A stretch of DNA of 63,815 nt, the filler included, from Octopus bimaculoides (Eukaryota), in NCBI RefSeq assembly GCF_001194135.2. It is 7 parts of 7 records of this genome, joined end to end, with 100 filler letters (N's around TTAATTAATTAA, not from the genome) between each part and the next. Parts side by side here need not be neighbours in the genome. Positions count along the whole stretch, not along the records: positions 5,163 to 25,693 come from NC_068990.1; positions 25,794 to 40,638 come from NC_068989.1; 5 more parts are not named here. One strand, written 5' to 3'. The translations under genes and the position numbers were made by a program. Each line of letters opens with the position of its first letter. Within the stretch, counting starts at the first letter, position 1. Below the pieces are notes generated by a model, which searched no databases, was not told where the DNA came from, and saw only the letters and a program-made list of their open reading frames with translations. Below, piece after piece: positions 22,510 to 34,958 of the stretch.

Positions 22510-23159
22510 TTACAGACACGCATAATTTATACTTAATCATACACGCACACACATACTCACACACATGCACATATACACACACAACACATATACATAATAC
22601 ATACACAAAACACACATACTCACACACACGCACACACACACACACACAAAACCATTTCTGTTGATCTATATCATGCAATATTTGAATATATAAATGTGTG
22701 TATAGGGAGAAATATTTGTAGTCAAGTCTGTTTTCTTTGATCTAACAAACGACAACTTTGGTAAGGTTGAGCTATAGTCGACCGATTTAAACCCGAGTAT
22801 GTTACTGGTACTTTATAATGACCGCAGAGAAAGTTCAGATTAAACACAAATTTACACACACAAACACAAACACACACACACACACACACACAAGCAGGTA
22901 CCTACCTGACACAAACATATGCACATACACAAACATCCTTGCATGGGTGAATCTAAACACAACACCTGATGATTACACTCACAATGTATACACCACTCGC
23001 CCGGTATGTTTCGCAGTACAATAATAATTTACAGGATCATCACCTCAACTATTTAGACTATAAAATGCGCAGATGCTGAATAAACCCTAACAAGGAAGAG
23101 TCAATATATCAGAACAGTCAACTGATAGATCAGAACTTTATACATACATACATACATCG

Positions 23160-23236
<77 letters not shown>

Positions 23237-23252
23237 TTATCTATCTATCTAC

Positions 23253-23364
<112 letters not shown>

Positions 23365-23374
23365 GCATGTATAT

Positions 23375-23620
23375 CAGTGATTCTCAACCACTCTCTACCT
23401 ATGGACCCATTTGATCCCCATTTTACTCGGATGTACCCTCATAAAAATTTGATGCTTAAAATATCCTATTATATAAAGATTAAGAAGTGTATAAAAAAAA
23501 ATTTGTCAAAATATTTTGTGTATAGTAGAAGTACAAACCGATATATTGCAGATAAATTTTTAACCACTAAATCTTATATGGACACCCAAGAGCCATATGG
23601 ACCCTGGGTGAGAACTACTG
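23375..23620. mobile_element. hAT-type MITE (246 bp)
   Basis: Termini CAGTGATTCTCAACC and GGTGAGAACTACTG; 8-bp TSD ATGTATAT / GTGTATAT (7 of 8 match). Confidence 0.8.
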
Positions 23621-23651
23621 GTGTATATGAAGAAGTGCTAAAATCATCTGC

Positions 23652-23657
23652 TATAAA
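23652..23657 (+). promoter_or_regulatory. Candidate TATA box for the 23698 ORF
   Basis: TATAAA lies 46 nt before an AAAATGA start context, leaving a short plausible 5' UTR. Confidence 0.4.
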
Positions 23658-23697
23658 TACTAGTGCATCCGCAATTTAAAGATCTCATCGGCCGAAA

Positions 23698-23995
23698 ATG
23701 AAAGTTGTTCGGGCCCAATTCAGAGTTGTCAGTATTTTTCTATTTCTTCTTGTGGGTAGTGGCAACAGTAATACTGATAACGGTGGTCACACCAGTGGCT
23801 CAGGCCCTAGTAAACAATGTAGCAACTACTTTCTGTGTTACGTGAACAACTCTTTACAACATCTAAACAACCTGGATCCATCGTTTAATAGTTCACTCGC
23901 TTTTGTGAAGTTTCTTAAAGGTAATTGGGATTCTTACGACGAAGCATGTGAATATATGCTTCACATGATTGGGATCACCTCTGACAATGAACAAG
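23698..23995 (+). CDS. Candidate first coding exon of an unknown secreted or membrane glycoprotein
   Basis: About 100 non-repetitive codons; signal-peptide pattern MKVVRAQFR-VVSIFLFLLVG-SGNS; three Cys; sequons NNS and NSS; ends at donor CAAG|GTAGGT (alternative AG|GTAAAG at 24000) just before the stop. Confidence 0.55.
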
Positions 23996-24213
23996 GTAGG
24001 TAAAGAAACTTCCTGATATGTATGTACTGTTTGTACTGTTAGCATTTAAGATTTTCGCTAGATAACGAGAAATGTCTTTCTAATTGTATATAAGAAAAAA
24101 AAAATGTACCGATTTGAGTTCAAAAGCATTTGGAATTTGTGAAATTTGTGAGTGTATATTCCCGTGCGTGCTCGTATATTTATGTATCTATATATGTATA
24201 TAAGTGTGTGTGA

Positions 24214-24254
<41 letters not shown>

Positions 24255-24339
24255 GCATCTTGCCCTAACTCTTCGAAACGCTTAGTTTAGAATAGGGGCA
24301 GCTGATGAAGGAAATATTCTCTATGTGGCCTGTTTGTTT

Positions 24340-24475
24340 TCTGTGCTCTGTTCATGTTCTGTTTTTCAGTTTGTCCACGTTTTCTTTTGTGACGTTCTGT
24401 ACCCAGATATGCATCTATATATACATGTAGATGTAGGTATGTACATACATGTACGTATATATGCATATACTCACA
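24340..24475 (+). repeat. Interspersed repeat, inverted copy at about 44810-44910
   Basis: GACGTTCTGTACCCAGATATGCATCTATATATACATGTAGATGTAGGTATG is the reverse complement of 44848-44888 with few mismatches. Confidence 0.65.
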
Positions 24476-24574
24476 TATGTATTATATATATATATTATAT
24501 AATATATAATAGATGTGTATATATAATAGGTGTATACATGTCCTTCTTTGAAGATCGCATGAAGGACATTTGAA

Positions 24575-24945
24575 ATGTTTTTATTGATGGATGTGTGGTT
24601 AAGAAGCTTGCTTTCCGGACATGTGGTCTTGTGTTCAGTTCCACCGCACGGCACCTTGGGCGTCTTCTACTAGAGCTTCGGACTGACCAAAGCCTTGTGA
24701 GTGTATTTGGTGGACGGAAACTGGAATATATCCATGCGCGCACGTGTGTGCATGTGTATTTGTTTTTACCCCCGACCCTCCAACTTGACACCCGGTGTTG
24801 GTTTGTTTAAGGTCCGTAATATAGCGGTCCGGCCTAAGAACTGATACAGACTTAAAAAAATATTTACTGGCTACGATTTGTTCAACAAAACACTTCAAGG
24901 CGGTACTCCAGTATGGCCATAGTCCAAAGACTGAAACTAGTACAA
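24575..24945 (+). mobile_element. SINE family B copy
   Basis: GTGTGGTTAAGAAGCTTGC...GGCACCTTGGGCGTCTTCTACT...GGCGGTACTCCAGTATGGCC. Confidence 0.85.
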
Positions 24946-25257
24946 AACAGAAATAGATAAATTGATAAATAAAAGGTCGTTTTGACTAAACTTAATGGAG
25001 AAGAATTTATGATTTTCAGCTCTTTTGTAACCCCGAATATGCTTCCCTTATTTATTTATTTATTTATTTATTTATTATTACCGGTGTGCGCAGAAATTTG
25101 TTTGTATCCAAATTTTGTCTTTCTTTGTAAAGTATGTCCCTATCCTGCTGGAAACAATCCCTCAAATGCCATATTGAACACCAAACAAACTGCACAACAT
25201 TTAAACATTTTGACATTTAAATATGCATTATTAAAGGTGTCCTTAAATGATGCAATT

Positions 25258-25474
25258 AAGATTGGCGAGCTGGCAGAATCGTTAGCACGCCGGGCGAAAT
25301 GCTTCGCGGTATTTCGCCCCTCGCTACGTTCTGAGTTCAAATTCCGTCGAGATCAACTTTACTTTTCATCCTTTTGGGGTCGATAAATTAAGTACCAGTT
25401 GAGTATTGGGGTTGATGTGATCACCCCCCCCCCAAAAAAAAATCCAGGCCGTATGCCTATAATAGAAAGAATTA
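25258..25474 (+). mobile_element. SINE family A copy with probable TSD
   Basis: Flanks TTAAATGATGCAATT and TTAAATGATACGATT (13 of 15 match). Confidence 0.85.
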
Positions 25475-25793
25475 TTAAATGATACGATTGGCTTCTTCAG
25501 TCAAAATAATTCTATTTCATCTATAAAAGTTTGTGTGAGCACTTTTTCTCCTTCATGCTTTTGTCGTAAAACGTGTGCGAGCGAACGTAAAAACGCGCGG
25601 TTTAAAGAAAATATTGCACCCAACTAATGCAGCGAGGATAACTCCTGGAAATGTGGGTGAACACGTGTAAGTTTTGTATTTGCGTCAACACACNNNNNNN
25701 NNNNNNNNNNNNNNNNNNNNNNNNNNNNNNNNNNNNNTTAATTAATTAANNNNNNNNNNNNNNNNNNNNNNNNNNNNNNNNNNNNNNNNNNNN

Positions 25794-26036
25794 TGTGCGG
25801 GTGGCACATAAAAGACACCATTTCGAGCGTGGCCGTTTTCGTGCGGGTGACACGTAAAAGCACCCACTACACTCTCTGAGTGGTTGGCGTTAGGAAGGGC
25901 ATCCAGCTGTAGAAACTCTGCCAAATCAGACGGGAGCCTGGTGTTGCCATCCGGTTTCACCAGTCAACAGTCAAATCGTCCACCCCATGCTAGCATGGAA
26001 AGTGGACGTTAAACGATGATGATGATGATGATGATA
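25794..26036 (+). mobile_element. SINE-like family C copy, (GAT)n tail
   Basis: GGAAGGGCATCCAGCTGTAGAAACTCTGCC...GGACGTTAAACGATGATGATG; 5' end lies in a gap. Confidence 0.85.
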
Positions 26037-27301
26037 TCCAAGTTGAATTTCTGGTGGTGGTCTTTTTATAATCTAAAGACCATCAACAGCATAACGGATG
26101 GTATGCTTGTGTGTGATGGAGAAAAGAGAAAATAGGACCTTTTCTTTTCATCATCATCATTATCACCATAATCATTATTTCACAGCCATGTTCCATGCTG
26201 GCATGGGTTGGACAGTCTGGCAGGGTCTGATGAGTGCAAGGATCACATTGTTCTTCACTTTCTTTTTAGCCTGGTTTCTACAGCTGGACGTCCGTCCTAT
26301 CAGTGACCACCTCACAGCACTGGAAAGTCTTTCTATGTTTCTGCCACCAGCTGGCAAGACTAGGAACCGCAAGGAAAGGGTGGGGAAAAATTTTATAGGA
26401 GGAGAATATGGAGTAGAGAGGGGTTAAGCATGAGAGAAGGGCCTGGAACAGAATAGGTCTTTTACTGAGGAGGAGCTGTATGATTGCTCACATTTTAGAA
26501 GAGTGGCCAAGGGTGGAAGCTGGAATTGAAAGTTTAGACATTTGCTTTCCTCTTCATACTCCACATATTTTTCAATAATAAATTTTTCCACATCACATTC
26601 TTCTGCCAATGAAGGGCTTAAGCTGTGACATCCTTGGCCAGTGACTGATTATCAGTCGTCTCTTTTATAATGGTAATGGTGGCAGTGATGTAGCAGCTGC
26701 CATTGCATATGGGAAGGGTAATGCGCTGCACACCAAATATATAAATGAAACCAGCTGTACTTGAAGAGATCAGATCTCAAAGTGAGCTCTTGTTTAGCCC
26801 TGAATAATCTAAACAGTTGTTCTCCTAATGACATCACAACTTGTCTTTTTGCTTTTCACTGTCAATAATATGCCTTCCTTAAAAGTTATTGTCTGAAAGT
26901 TAGGGTTGTGTGTGACACCAATAAATTGATAGCAAAATCTATCTCTAATTCAAAACTATCTTAAATTGATTTATGATATATTTTATTGATTTCTGAAATC
27001 AAGATAGTCTAATGGGTAAGTTATAACAAAATGATATCTGGCTCGACATTTAATCTGATATAGAAATTAATATGAAAATTTCAGTGGCCATAAAATACCA
27101 TGAAGTTGATCTGAACTATTCGGATCTGGGATTTTGTTCTCATTATTCTGTGATTAAATCTGGTTCAAGAGACATCTTGGCCATCTTTATTATATATGTT
27201 CATGTTATTGTTGTTGCTGTGCAGTCCACTCTATTTAAGAACACCTGTAATTGATGAGTCATACCTTTGCTATTTCCATTTTATCTTTATTTTGTGTATG
27301 C

Positions 27302-27447
27302 TTATATTAGAATTAGAACTTGGTGCTCATGGCTTTTTGTCCCCTCAGCCCTTTGAGTTAAGAGGGAAATTTGGGGATTTCTAACTGGCTGAGTTATTGT
27401 AGAGAGTCTTCTATTGTATTCCTTTGGCACCTCCATTACATGTTGAT
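27302..27447 (-). CDS. Weak candidate terminal coding exon (unknown protein)
   Basis: Acceptor GTTGTTTTGTGCATGCCTTTTGTAG|, phase-1 frame xQHVMEVPKEYNRRLSTITQPVRNPQISLLTQRAEGTKSHEHQVLILI*, AATAAA just after the stop; no homology recognised. Confidence 0.3.
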
Positions 27448-28989
27448 CTACAAAAGGCATGCACAAAACAACCAACCACTTTGCAGATTTGGTGGTTTAT
27501 ATCTTCTAAATGGTTCATTGAAATTCTTCTGACTCTTAATTCGCATCTGCACAATCGAACCCAGCAGATCTCAACCCTTTTAATATTGGGACCAGATCCC
27601 AAACCTGGATTTTTTTTAGAGATCTGCACCAGAAAAAGTAAAACACAAATCAGTAAAAAAGAAATTTAGGATATTTTTAGAGGGAAGACTGTCAGGGGCT
27701 GCTGGAAGGATGCTTGAGGGCTCCAGGAGCAATGGTTGGGAACCACTAATCTAAACCATGGTAAGCATCGGGGTTGTGGCGTCAAATATATATGACATAT
27801 TTGATTTCTTATGTTGAGCAAATCGGCTGATAATGAGATGCCCCATGGAACCTGTCCTGACATTGGATATTTTCCATAATGAGGCAAACTGAGATGTGTT
27901 CTTTATACAAAGGGAGACAGCTCAGTGTCTGCAGTCAGTTTTGAACTCACGACCGACCATTGTGATCTATAATTCAGCATCTTCATCTTACACTTGCGAT
28001 GTGGTACAAGAGTACAAAAGCTACGAGATAAACTTGTTGGGTTGAAAACTTAGAAAACTCTTCTGACAATAACTTGTAGCATTGCTTCTTCTTTTTTTTT
28101 TTTTTTAAGCCATATAAGATTTTCTTTTTATGAGCGAAAACTTTGAAACACTGTAAATATGTCTTTAAGAAACCTTCAAGAACTTTGACTTCTTTGTGAG
28201 TGGTTTTAATGGAGATTAACCTTTTTTTGGTTATTTGCTTTTTTTTTTTTTTTTAGTGTGTGCTTTAGCATAACAAGTCAATCTGTCAAAAGTTTTCTTT
28301 GACACAAGCTTCCTAAATGTAACAAACAATGTCTTTGCTGTCTTAGAAACATCTTCAACTTGATGATCTTCAAAGTAAAACGGTAAACTCTAATACCAAA
28401 ATAAAAGAAGAAAAAGGAGGAAGAAAGATGCTGGTATTGTTGTTGTTGTTGTTGTTGTTGTTGTTCAGGGTTTAGAAATCTAGAAAACTTACTTTTGTAA
28501 TATTAATTTATGTTGTTGTTTTACTTAGAAAGATCAAATAACAGTCATCTGATGTCACAACTTAGGTATTATCTCCAAAATATTGCTTATGATTCATTCC
28601 TATTTCTCTTTCTTCTTCTCTTTCTGTCCTCGCCACTATTACAATCACCACAACCATCATCTTTTTGCTATCATCATTTCTTTTGTTGTATGTTTACATC
28701 AATCTAGTTGGCTCTGCTCAAGTTTAAACTACAGGACCTAGAGGTAGTTGGCTTGCTCTCATCAGCTCTACTTGAATGGAGCTGCTGGAGTCCAAGGCAG
28801 CAAATGAAATGGTCAATGTTCATAGGCTCCTGAATGAGAATTGCTGGGTGTTGTGTGTCAGCACAGAAGTTTTTAGCACTTAGTGCTTGTTCTCCCAATG
28901 GAAATTTCTTAAAGACCAATGGAAATTTCTTAAAGAAAACGTGACTGATTCGCCCATTCCATACCAACTTGCATTAGACTGTCGTCCCT

Positions 28990-29160
28990 GGTTCTATGAT
29001 AGAATCTTTCTGTTTTAAAGTGTTCTAAGTGAAAACCTTCCATCAAAATTTCATGTTAATTTAGGTTCCAAACACCAACCAAAATAAGGACAAAGTTATT
29101 TTAATAAAATTTTCATTATTTAAATAATTAACTGGAACAAAAGCAGTGTATCTCAAAAGA
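28990..29160 (+). repeat. Interspersed AT-rich repeat, second copy at about 31740-31880
   Basis: Shared AAAA.CTT.C.TCAAAATTTCAT.TT.ATTTA..TTCCAAA.AC...GAC.AGTTATTTTA.TAAA blocks. Confidence 0.55.
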
Positions 29161-29500
29161 AAAACAGCAGAGAAAGGAAGCTTGAAACAAACTCTTTAGA
29201 AGCTCTTGTCGTTTGTGATTGCTTTTACTTCGGAACAAATCTTAGCAGTTAGAAAAGGACGTAGTTGTGGTTCAGTAAGATTTAAAAAAGACAAACAAAA
29301 CAAACAAAAGCATAAACAAAAGGACTAAAACTAAAACAATGCCAAAGTGAAGCTATCAAACCAAATACTGTTCACACCAGGGGGCAATTATATACATGTG
29401 TGTGTGTGTGTGTGCGTGTGCGTGTGTGTGTGTGTGTGTGAATGCCTCCACTCACTAACACGCATAGCTGTTTACTGCTTTCAGGGATGAACCAAACAAG

Positions 29501-29830
29501 TCATCATCATCATCGTTTAACGTCTGTTTTCCATGCTGGCATGGGTAGGATGGTTTGACTGAAGTCTGGAGAGCCAACAGCTGCACCAGGCTCCAATCGG
29601 ATCTGGTAATGTTTCTACAGCTGGATGCTCTTCCTAACACCAACCACTTCGAGAGTGTAGTCGGTGCTTTTTATGTGCCACTGGCATGAGAACCAGTCAG
29701 GGGGCACTGACGATCATGTTTGGATGGCACTTTTTATATGCCACCAGCATGGGAGCCAGTCGGAGGGCACTAGCATTGACCACATTCAGATGGTGCATTT
29801 TATGTGCCACCAGCACGGAAGCCAGGTGGG
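29501..29830 (-). mobile_element. SINE-like family C copy with internal tandem subrepeats
   Basis: CATCATCATCGTTTAACGTC tail on + strand; TTTTAT(G/A)TGCCAC..GCA motif three times. Confidence 0.8.
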
Positions 29831-30159
29831 CGTCTCTGATATTTATCAATGTAAGTATCCATTGCATGCATTTAACTGAGTGTCACTAACAAACTCACGA
29901 ACTACCAACATTTGCACTCATTGCCAAATGTTCTAAGTTTTAGTAACTTTTAGTGGACAATAAACACTTTTGAAAAACACTCCTGCCCCCAAAAACCCCT
30001 GCTTGGTGTATTGGAGGAATACAAATAAAAAGTAAAGCAATGTAATGTTACAAAACAGTAATTGTCTCAAAGAAACAAATTAACTTTGAACAACTTGGCT
30101 TAATTCTTACATTTTTGTGTTATTTACAAGAACAATAACTGTTCCACTGTGCTACACTT

Positions 30160-30525
30160 TGGGCAAGTGTCTTCTACTATAGCCTTGGGCTAACCAATGC
30201 CCTGTGAGTGAAGTAGGTAGACAGAAACTTTGTGGAAGCCTATCATGTATGGATGTAGATAGGTAAGCGGGTAGGTAGGTGGGTGAGTTTGGATAGGTAA
30301 GTATGTTTGTTAGTATGTGCAGGTGCATTTCTCTTTGTCCTCCCACTGCTTGACAACTGATGTTGATTCATTTACATCCCTGTAACTTAGCAATCCAGCA
30401 AATGAGACTGATAAAATAAGTAGCAGAACTAAAAGTTAAGTCCTGGGATTGATTTGTTTCTACTCGACCATTGAAAGCAGTGCTCCAGCATGGCTGCAGT
30501 CTAATGAATGAAACACAGTAAAAAG
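30160..30525 (+). mobile_element. SINE family B copy, strongly CpG-depleted
   Basis: GGGCAAGTGTCTTCTACTATAGCC core; CACTGCTTGACAACTGATG where intact copies read CATCGCTTGACAACCGATG. Confidence 0.8.
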
Positions 30526-31901
30526 AAGTAAAAACAAAAAATATTTGACAGCATCTAGAGTCAAAAATAAGAACAAAATGGTTTTTGTTCTTTAAAGGAA
30601 ACTGAATAGAGAAAGAATAGAGAAACCAGCAAATTCTTTTAGATTTTCTATCGAAAATTGTCTTGCAATTTGTATTAAATGTTGTTATCAAAATTATACT
30701 ATTTTTAAGCTTGAAGGGGCGGGGAAACGAATCTATGAAAGCTTTCTTGCATTCTGTTGCGCTGCTGCTTCTAAGATAATGGTCATTACAACTGTGCTGT
30801 ATTTCTGTACCACTTCTCCAGTCTCCATTACTTTACTATCTGCTGTCCCATCTTGGCACCGACTTTTATTTCTTCATACAAAAGAATATCATAACCATCA
30901 ACCAGTTTAATATCTGTTAATTTGATGTGGGGACTTTTTTTTTTGTAATGTTTTGCTTTTCTTTTTTATATCGTTGCCTTTAGAAAAACTATCTTTATAT
31001 TTTCTTTTTTATTCTCCACATAAAAGCTTTGCAACTAAAATGGGTTTTTGTAAAATATTTATTGTGGGTTTTTATTTTGTTTAAATGAAATGCTTTTTCT
31101 CTTCATTTTGCTGTCCTCTGCACACCTCCAAGACAGTTTCACACTGACTTTATTCTCAAGTATTGTTTATTACTTTCGCTTGTTTTATTGTATTTATTTA
31201 GTCTTATTGTATTTTAATCATCATTATTGCAAACAACTCTTAGACTTGCCTATTGCAATGAATGGAATTAGATGAGAGAGATTAACAAAAGGAAATATTC
31301 TATCCCACCCACAAGGATTAAATGGAAATGTTCAATTTAAGCTTCCTGTTAAACTTCCTCTCAGAATTTTCAACAAAGGCTGATTTCTAATTCACGGAAC
31401 TAATGTGGACATTAGATTTTACCCTCTAATTTTCATTTTTTTTTTCTTTTGGCTTTTTCTTGTTTTTTAGTACACTAAAAGCAGAATGCAAAACTGTTTT
31501 TATTTTCTATTTCAGAACTATTTTACAAATTAGAACTTCAATTAGTTGCTTAATAATTTTTCACTGCTTTCTTTGTTGAATAATGTCTCAATGGGTTGGC
31601 ATAAACAATTTCACATTCCCAATCATTAATGTTCGTAATATTTCCTTTCAAGAAACTGATCAACCCATAACTTTCAGTCGCTGTTTAAACTCTGACCCTT
31701 TTGGTCCCAACCTGCTTCAAACCATTCTGATTCTATAATACAAAGTTCTTGTTTCAAATTGTTCTACATTAAAACGTTTCTTCAAAATTTCATCTTCATT
31801 TATATTCCAAATACTTACTTTATAATGACACAGTTATTTTACTAAATTCTTCGTTATTTTCGAAATTATTTGAGACTAAGGCTGTATGTGCGTATGTGTA
31901 T

Positions 31902-31987
<86 letters not shown>

Positions 31988-32029
31988 CAAAACATTTTGA
32001 TTTAGACTCCTTAGTACTCTGAGTTTCAA

Positions 32030-32375
32030 GCATGTGGCTAGTCTTTGGCCACTGGGGTCTAAAGATTCAGTTTGGAATGTGTCTTCTGCTATAGCCTCAG
32101 GCTAACTAAAGCTTTGTGAATGGATTTAGCGACAGAAACTGAAAGAAGTTCATTGTGTGTGAGTGTGTGTGTATTTGTGTGTGTGTGTGCATTTGTCCCC
32201 CCACTTGACACCTGATGTTGATGTGTTTACATCTTCATAACTTAGCAGTTTGGCAAAAGAGACCAACAAAATAAGTACCAGGCTTTAAATAAAAAGTCCT
32301 GGGGTCAATTTATTTGACTGAAAATGCTTCAAGGCAGTGCCCCAGCATGGCCACAGTTTAATGACTGAAACAAAT
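32030..32375 (+). mobile_element. SINE family B copy, strongly CpG-depleted
   Basis: GACAGAAACTGAAAGAAGTTCATTG where intact copies read GACGGAAACTGAAAGAAGTCCGTCG; 3' end conserved. Confidence 0.8.
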
Positions 32376-32925
32376 AAAATATAAAAGCTCTACACACATG
32401 TGACGAGCTTCCACACAGTTTCCATCTCCAAAATTCACTCTCAAGGCATTGTTCAACTCAGGGCTGGCTATCCAACAGGATCTGTAACATTCTGTTAGCA
32501 AAAGAAGCATTTTAACCTCACAACCAATTCTGACTGGATTTTGTATATTAAAAAAAAAAGAAATTAAAAAAAAAAAAGGTTCTTGGATACCAAAGACTGC
32601 AAAGCCAAAAGTGTGATTCTTTATTTCATTTTTGGTCCAATACATTCCAAGGTGAAATTAAATCAGAATGGAAAAAGACATAAGATAGTCCGTGTTATTT
32701 GGCCCCAGATCATCTCCAATTGAGGAGACCTAGGATCAAAGGGATTCCAGCCACGACAATCCCTCTTGATTCTTTTTTCCTCGACAGATTAGAAATTGTG
32801 TAATGTAGCCATCTTTATCCAAGGCAATAGTTTATAGTTTGAGAGAACTTAGCTGCTGTTTTTAGCAAACCGAATGACCACATTGAGGCACTCACTTGGT
32901 TAGCTCAAAAAGACAAAGAGATTAC

Positions 32926-33004
32926 CTGTACACTAAGGCAGGTATTGGATCCATCAAGATTGGTAATCACATAGATTCCATGACAAATCCTACAAGACTT
33001 CATT
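32926..33004 (-). CDS. Weak candidate exon (79 nt, unknown protein)
   Basis: Long polypyrimidine tract then CTGCTGCAG|, single open frame MKSCRICHGIYVITNLDGSNTCLSVQ, donor CAG|GTAATC. Confidence 0.35.
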
Positions 33005-34113
33005 CTGCAGCAGAAAAATGAATGAATAAAATGGGAATAAAAAAAGAAGAAAAAGAATTGCTATCAATCAGATTTTGTGTCATTGAACATTAAATAAATA
33101 TTGGAACACGAATATTTGTTCAGAACTTTTGTTAGCAGTTGCCAAGGATTTCCTGTGAGTTAATTTTGGCCTCAGACTCCCGAAATCTCTCCACTACATC
33201 TTTAACTTTACTGTCTGTTATTTATTATCTTTGACAAGTATCTCCATGTTATTTACTGGCAGCTATATCTACTTATACATACATTTGCACATACACACAC
33301 ACATATATGTCAAACATATATTTAGAGATATGTGAGTATATATATACATATATATGTATATGTATATATAAAATCATTTTTTCTTTCTGAATCGTTGAAC
33401 TCTAACTTCTTATCTATTTTTGATGTTACTGTCAAAGAACTTAGTCACGACAGTAATTGTGTATGTATGTATGTATATACTTACAAATGTATTTTCATTT
33501 ATATACATATGTATGTGTATATGTGTGTATGTGGATTGTATATATACACTACATGTATATAGATATATATATGCGTGTACATGCATATATTTGAGAGAGT
33601 GTGTATGTGTGTGTTTATATACAACACATGCTCATACCTCTCTCTCATTCTCTATCTATCTATCTATCTGTCTGTCTGTCTATCTGTCTATCTATCTCTC
33701 TTATCATCACATTCTCTTTCCCATGCTTCCATGGGTCAAATAACATTCATTTATGCAAATTTTCTATGGCCAGATACTTTTCCTTTCACGAAACCCTGTT
33801 TCCAAGTGAAATAATATTTCTCCATGGCTGGTCATGTTTTTACTGAAGATTTAGAAATGAGCAACACCGCCTGTATAACAGTGACATTTGTTTACAACTA
33901 TTGAGTGCAATGCCCAGGTACATACACTCACACACACATGACAGACTTTCAGTTTCTGCATATGCATGTGTATGCACATGCATACACACATACAATGGTT
34001 TTCTTTCCGTTTCTATTCTCCAGATCTGCTCTGAAGGGTTGGGTGACTCAGGATTATGACAGAAGATACTTGCTCAAGATGCTGGGCAATAAACCTGGAC
34101 ATGAAACCATGTA

Positions 34114-34173
<60 letters not shown>

Positions 34174-34924
34174 CATGCATGCATACATACATCTATGTAT
34201 GTACGTATGCACTTTGGATGTTTTAAAAGGCAAACTGGTTCAAGAAATTGTCAAACAAGTGATGATATGAAGTTGCAGTAAATACTTAATTAGCATGAAA
34301 GGTAAATGAAAGGTGGCATAGCTGTCTGTTGGCAGTGTAATTCCTTAACAACTCATTCTGCTGTTTCATTAAGAAAATGCATTGAACTGATTGCAATAAA
34401 TACAGTAATATGAATTTTGAAAATTTCTTTTAAGTTCCTCTCTTTTGTTCTAAAGAAAATTTTCCAATTACTATCAACATATATATACATATATATACAA
34501 CAACAACATCAGCAATAAGTAATGCTCATACCAAATGCTTTTTATCTCTTTGTAATTACACATCCACTTTTTTTTAGGTGTTTGAATCTTCCTTGGGTTT
34601 CTTTTTTTTTTCCTTTCTCAGTAATATGAACACTATCATTATCGCTTTCATTAGCATTGCTTTATCCCCTCCCTTCCTTTTCTCCTCCCCATCATCATCA
34701 TCATCATCAACATTTATTTCTCTTTGCATTACTGAACTTACATCTTTTGACCAGAATTCAAGCTGTGACTCTCCGGCCATTTTTCTCTTATACAACATAC
34801 ACGCATACTCATGAATACACATACATATATACATACATGTGTGTGTGTGTATTCAGGACCACTTCATCCAGTGTATTCATCCATTCTAAGGTGACAGAGT
34901 AAAACCACCACCACTACCACCACC

Positions 34925-34958
<34 letters not shown>

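Noticed and set aside
23698-23995. Assigning the exon to the NRF-6/acyltransferase family on the basis of LKGNWDSYDEAC
   Set aside because: The conserved WA..M.DA.GK motif is absent; the resemblance is too slight to name a gene.
24255-24330. Permuted hammerhead from GAAAC and CTGATGA
   Set aside because: Core pieces are present but helix I cannot form after the putative cleavage site; the dominant fold is a plain hairpin.
26424-26837. Host exons from the two short minus-strand ORFs
   Set aside because: No good splice sites; another frame gives TLGHSSKM, reminiscent of a decayed CR1/L2 thumb, but too weak to call.
33124-33154. 31-nt plus-strand exon in phase with the 23995 donor (also 28170-28195, 28346-28381)
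   Set aside because: Micro-exons with AG/GT ends are easy to find by chance in AT-rich DNA; no supporting evidence.
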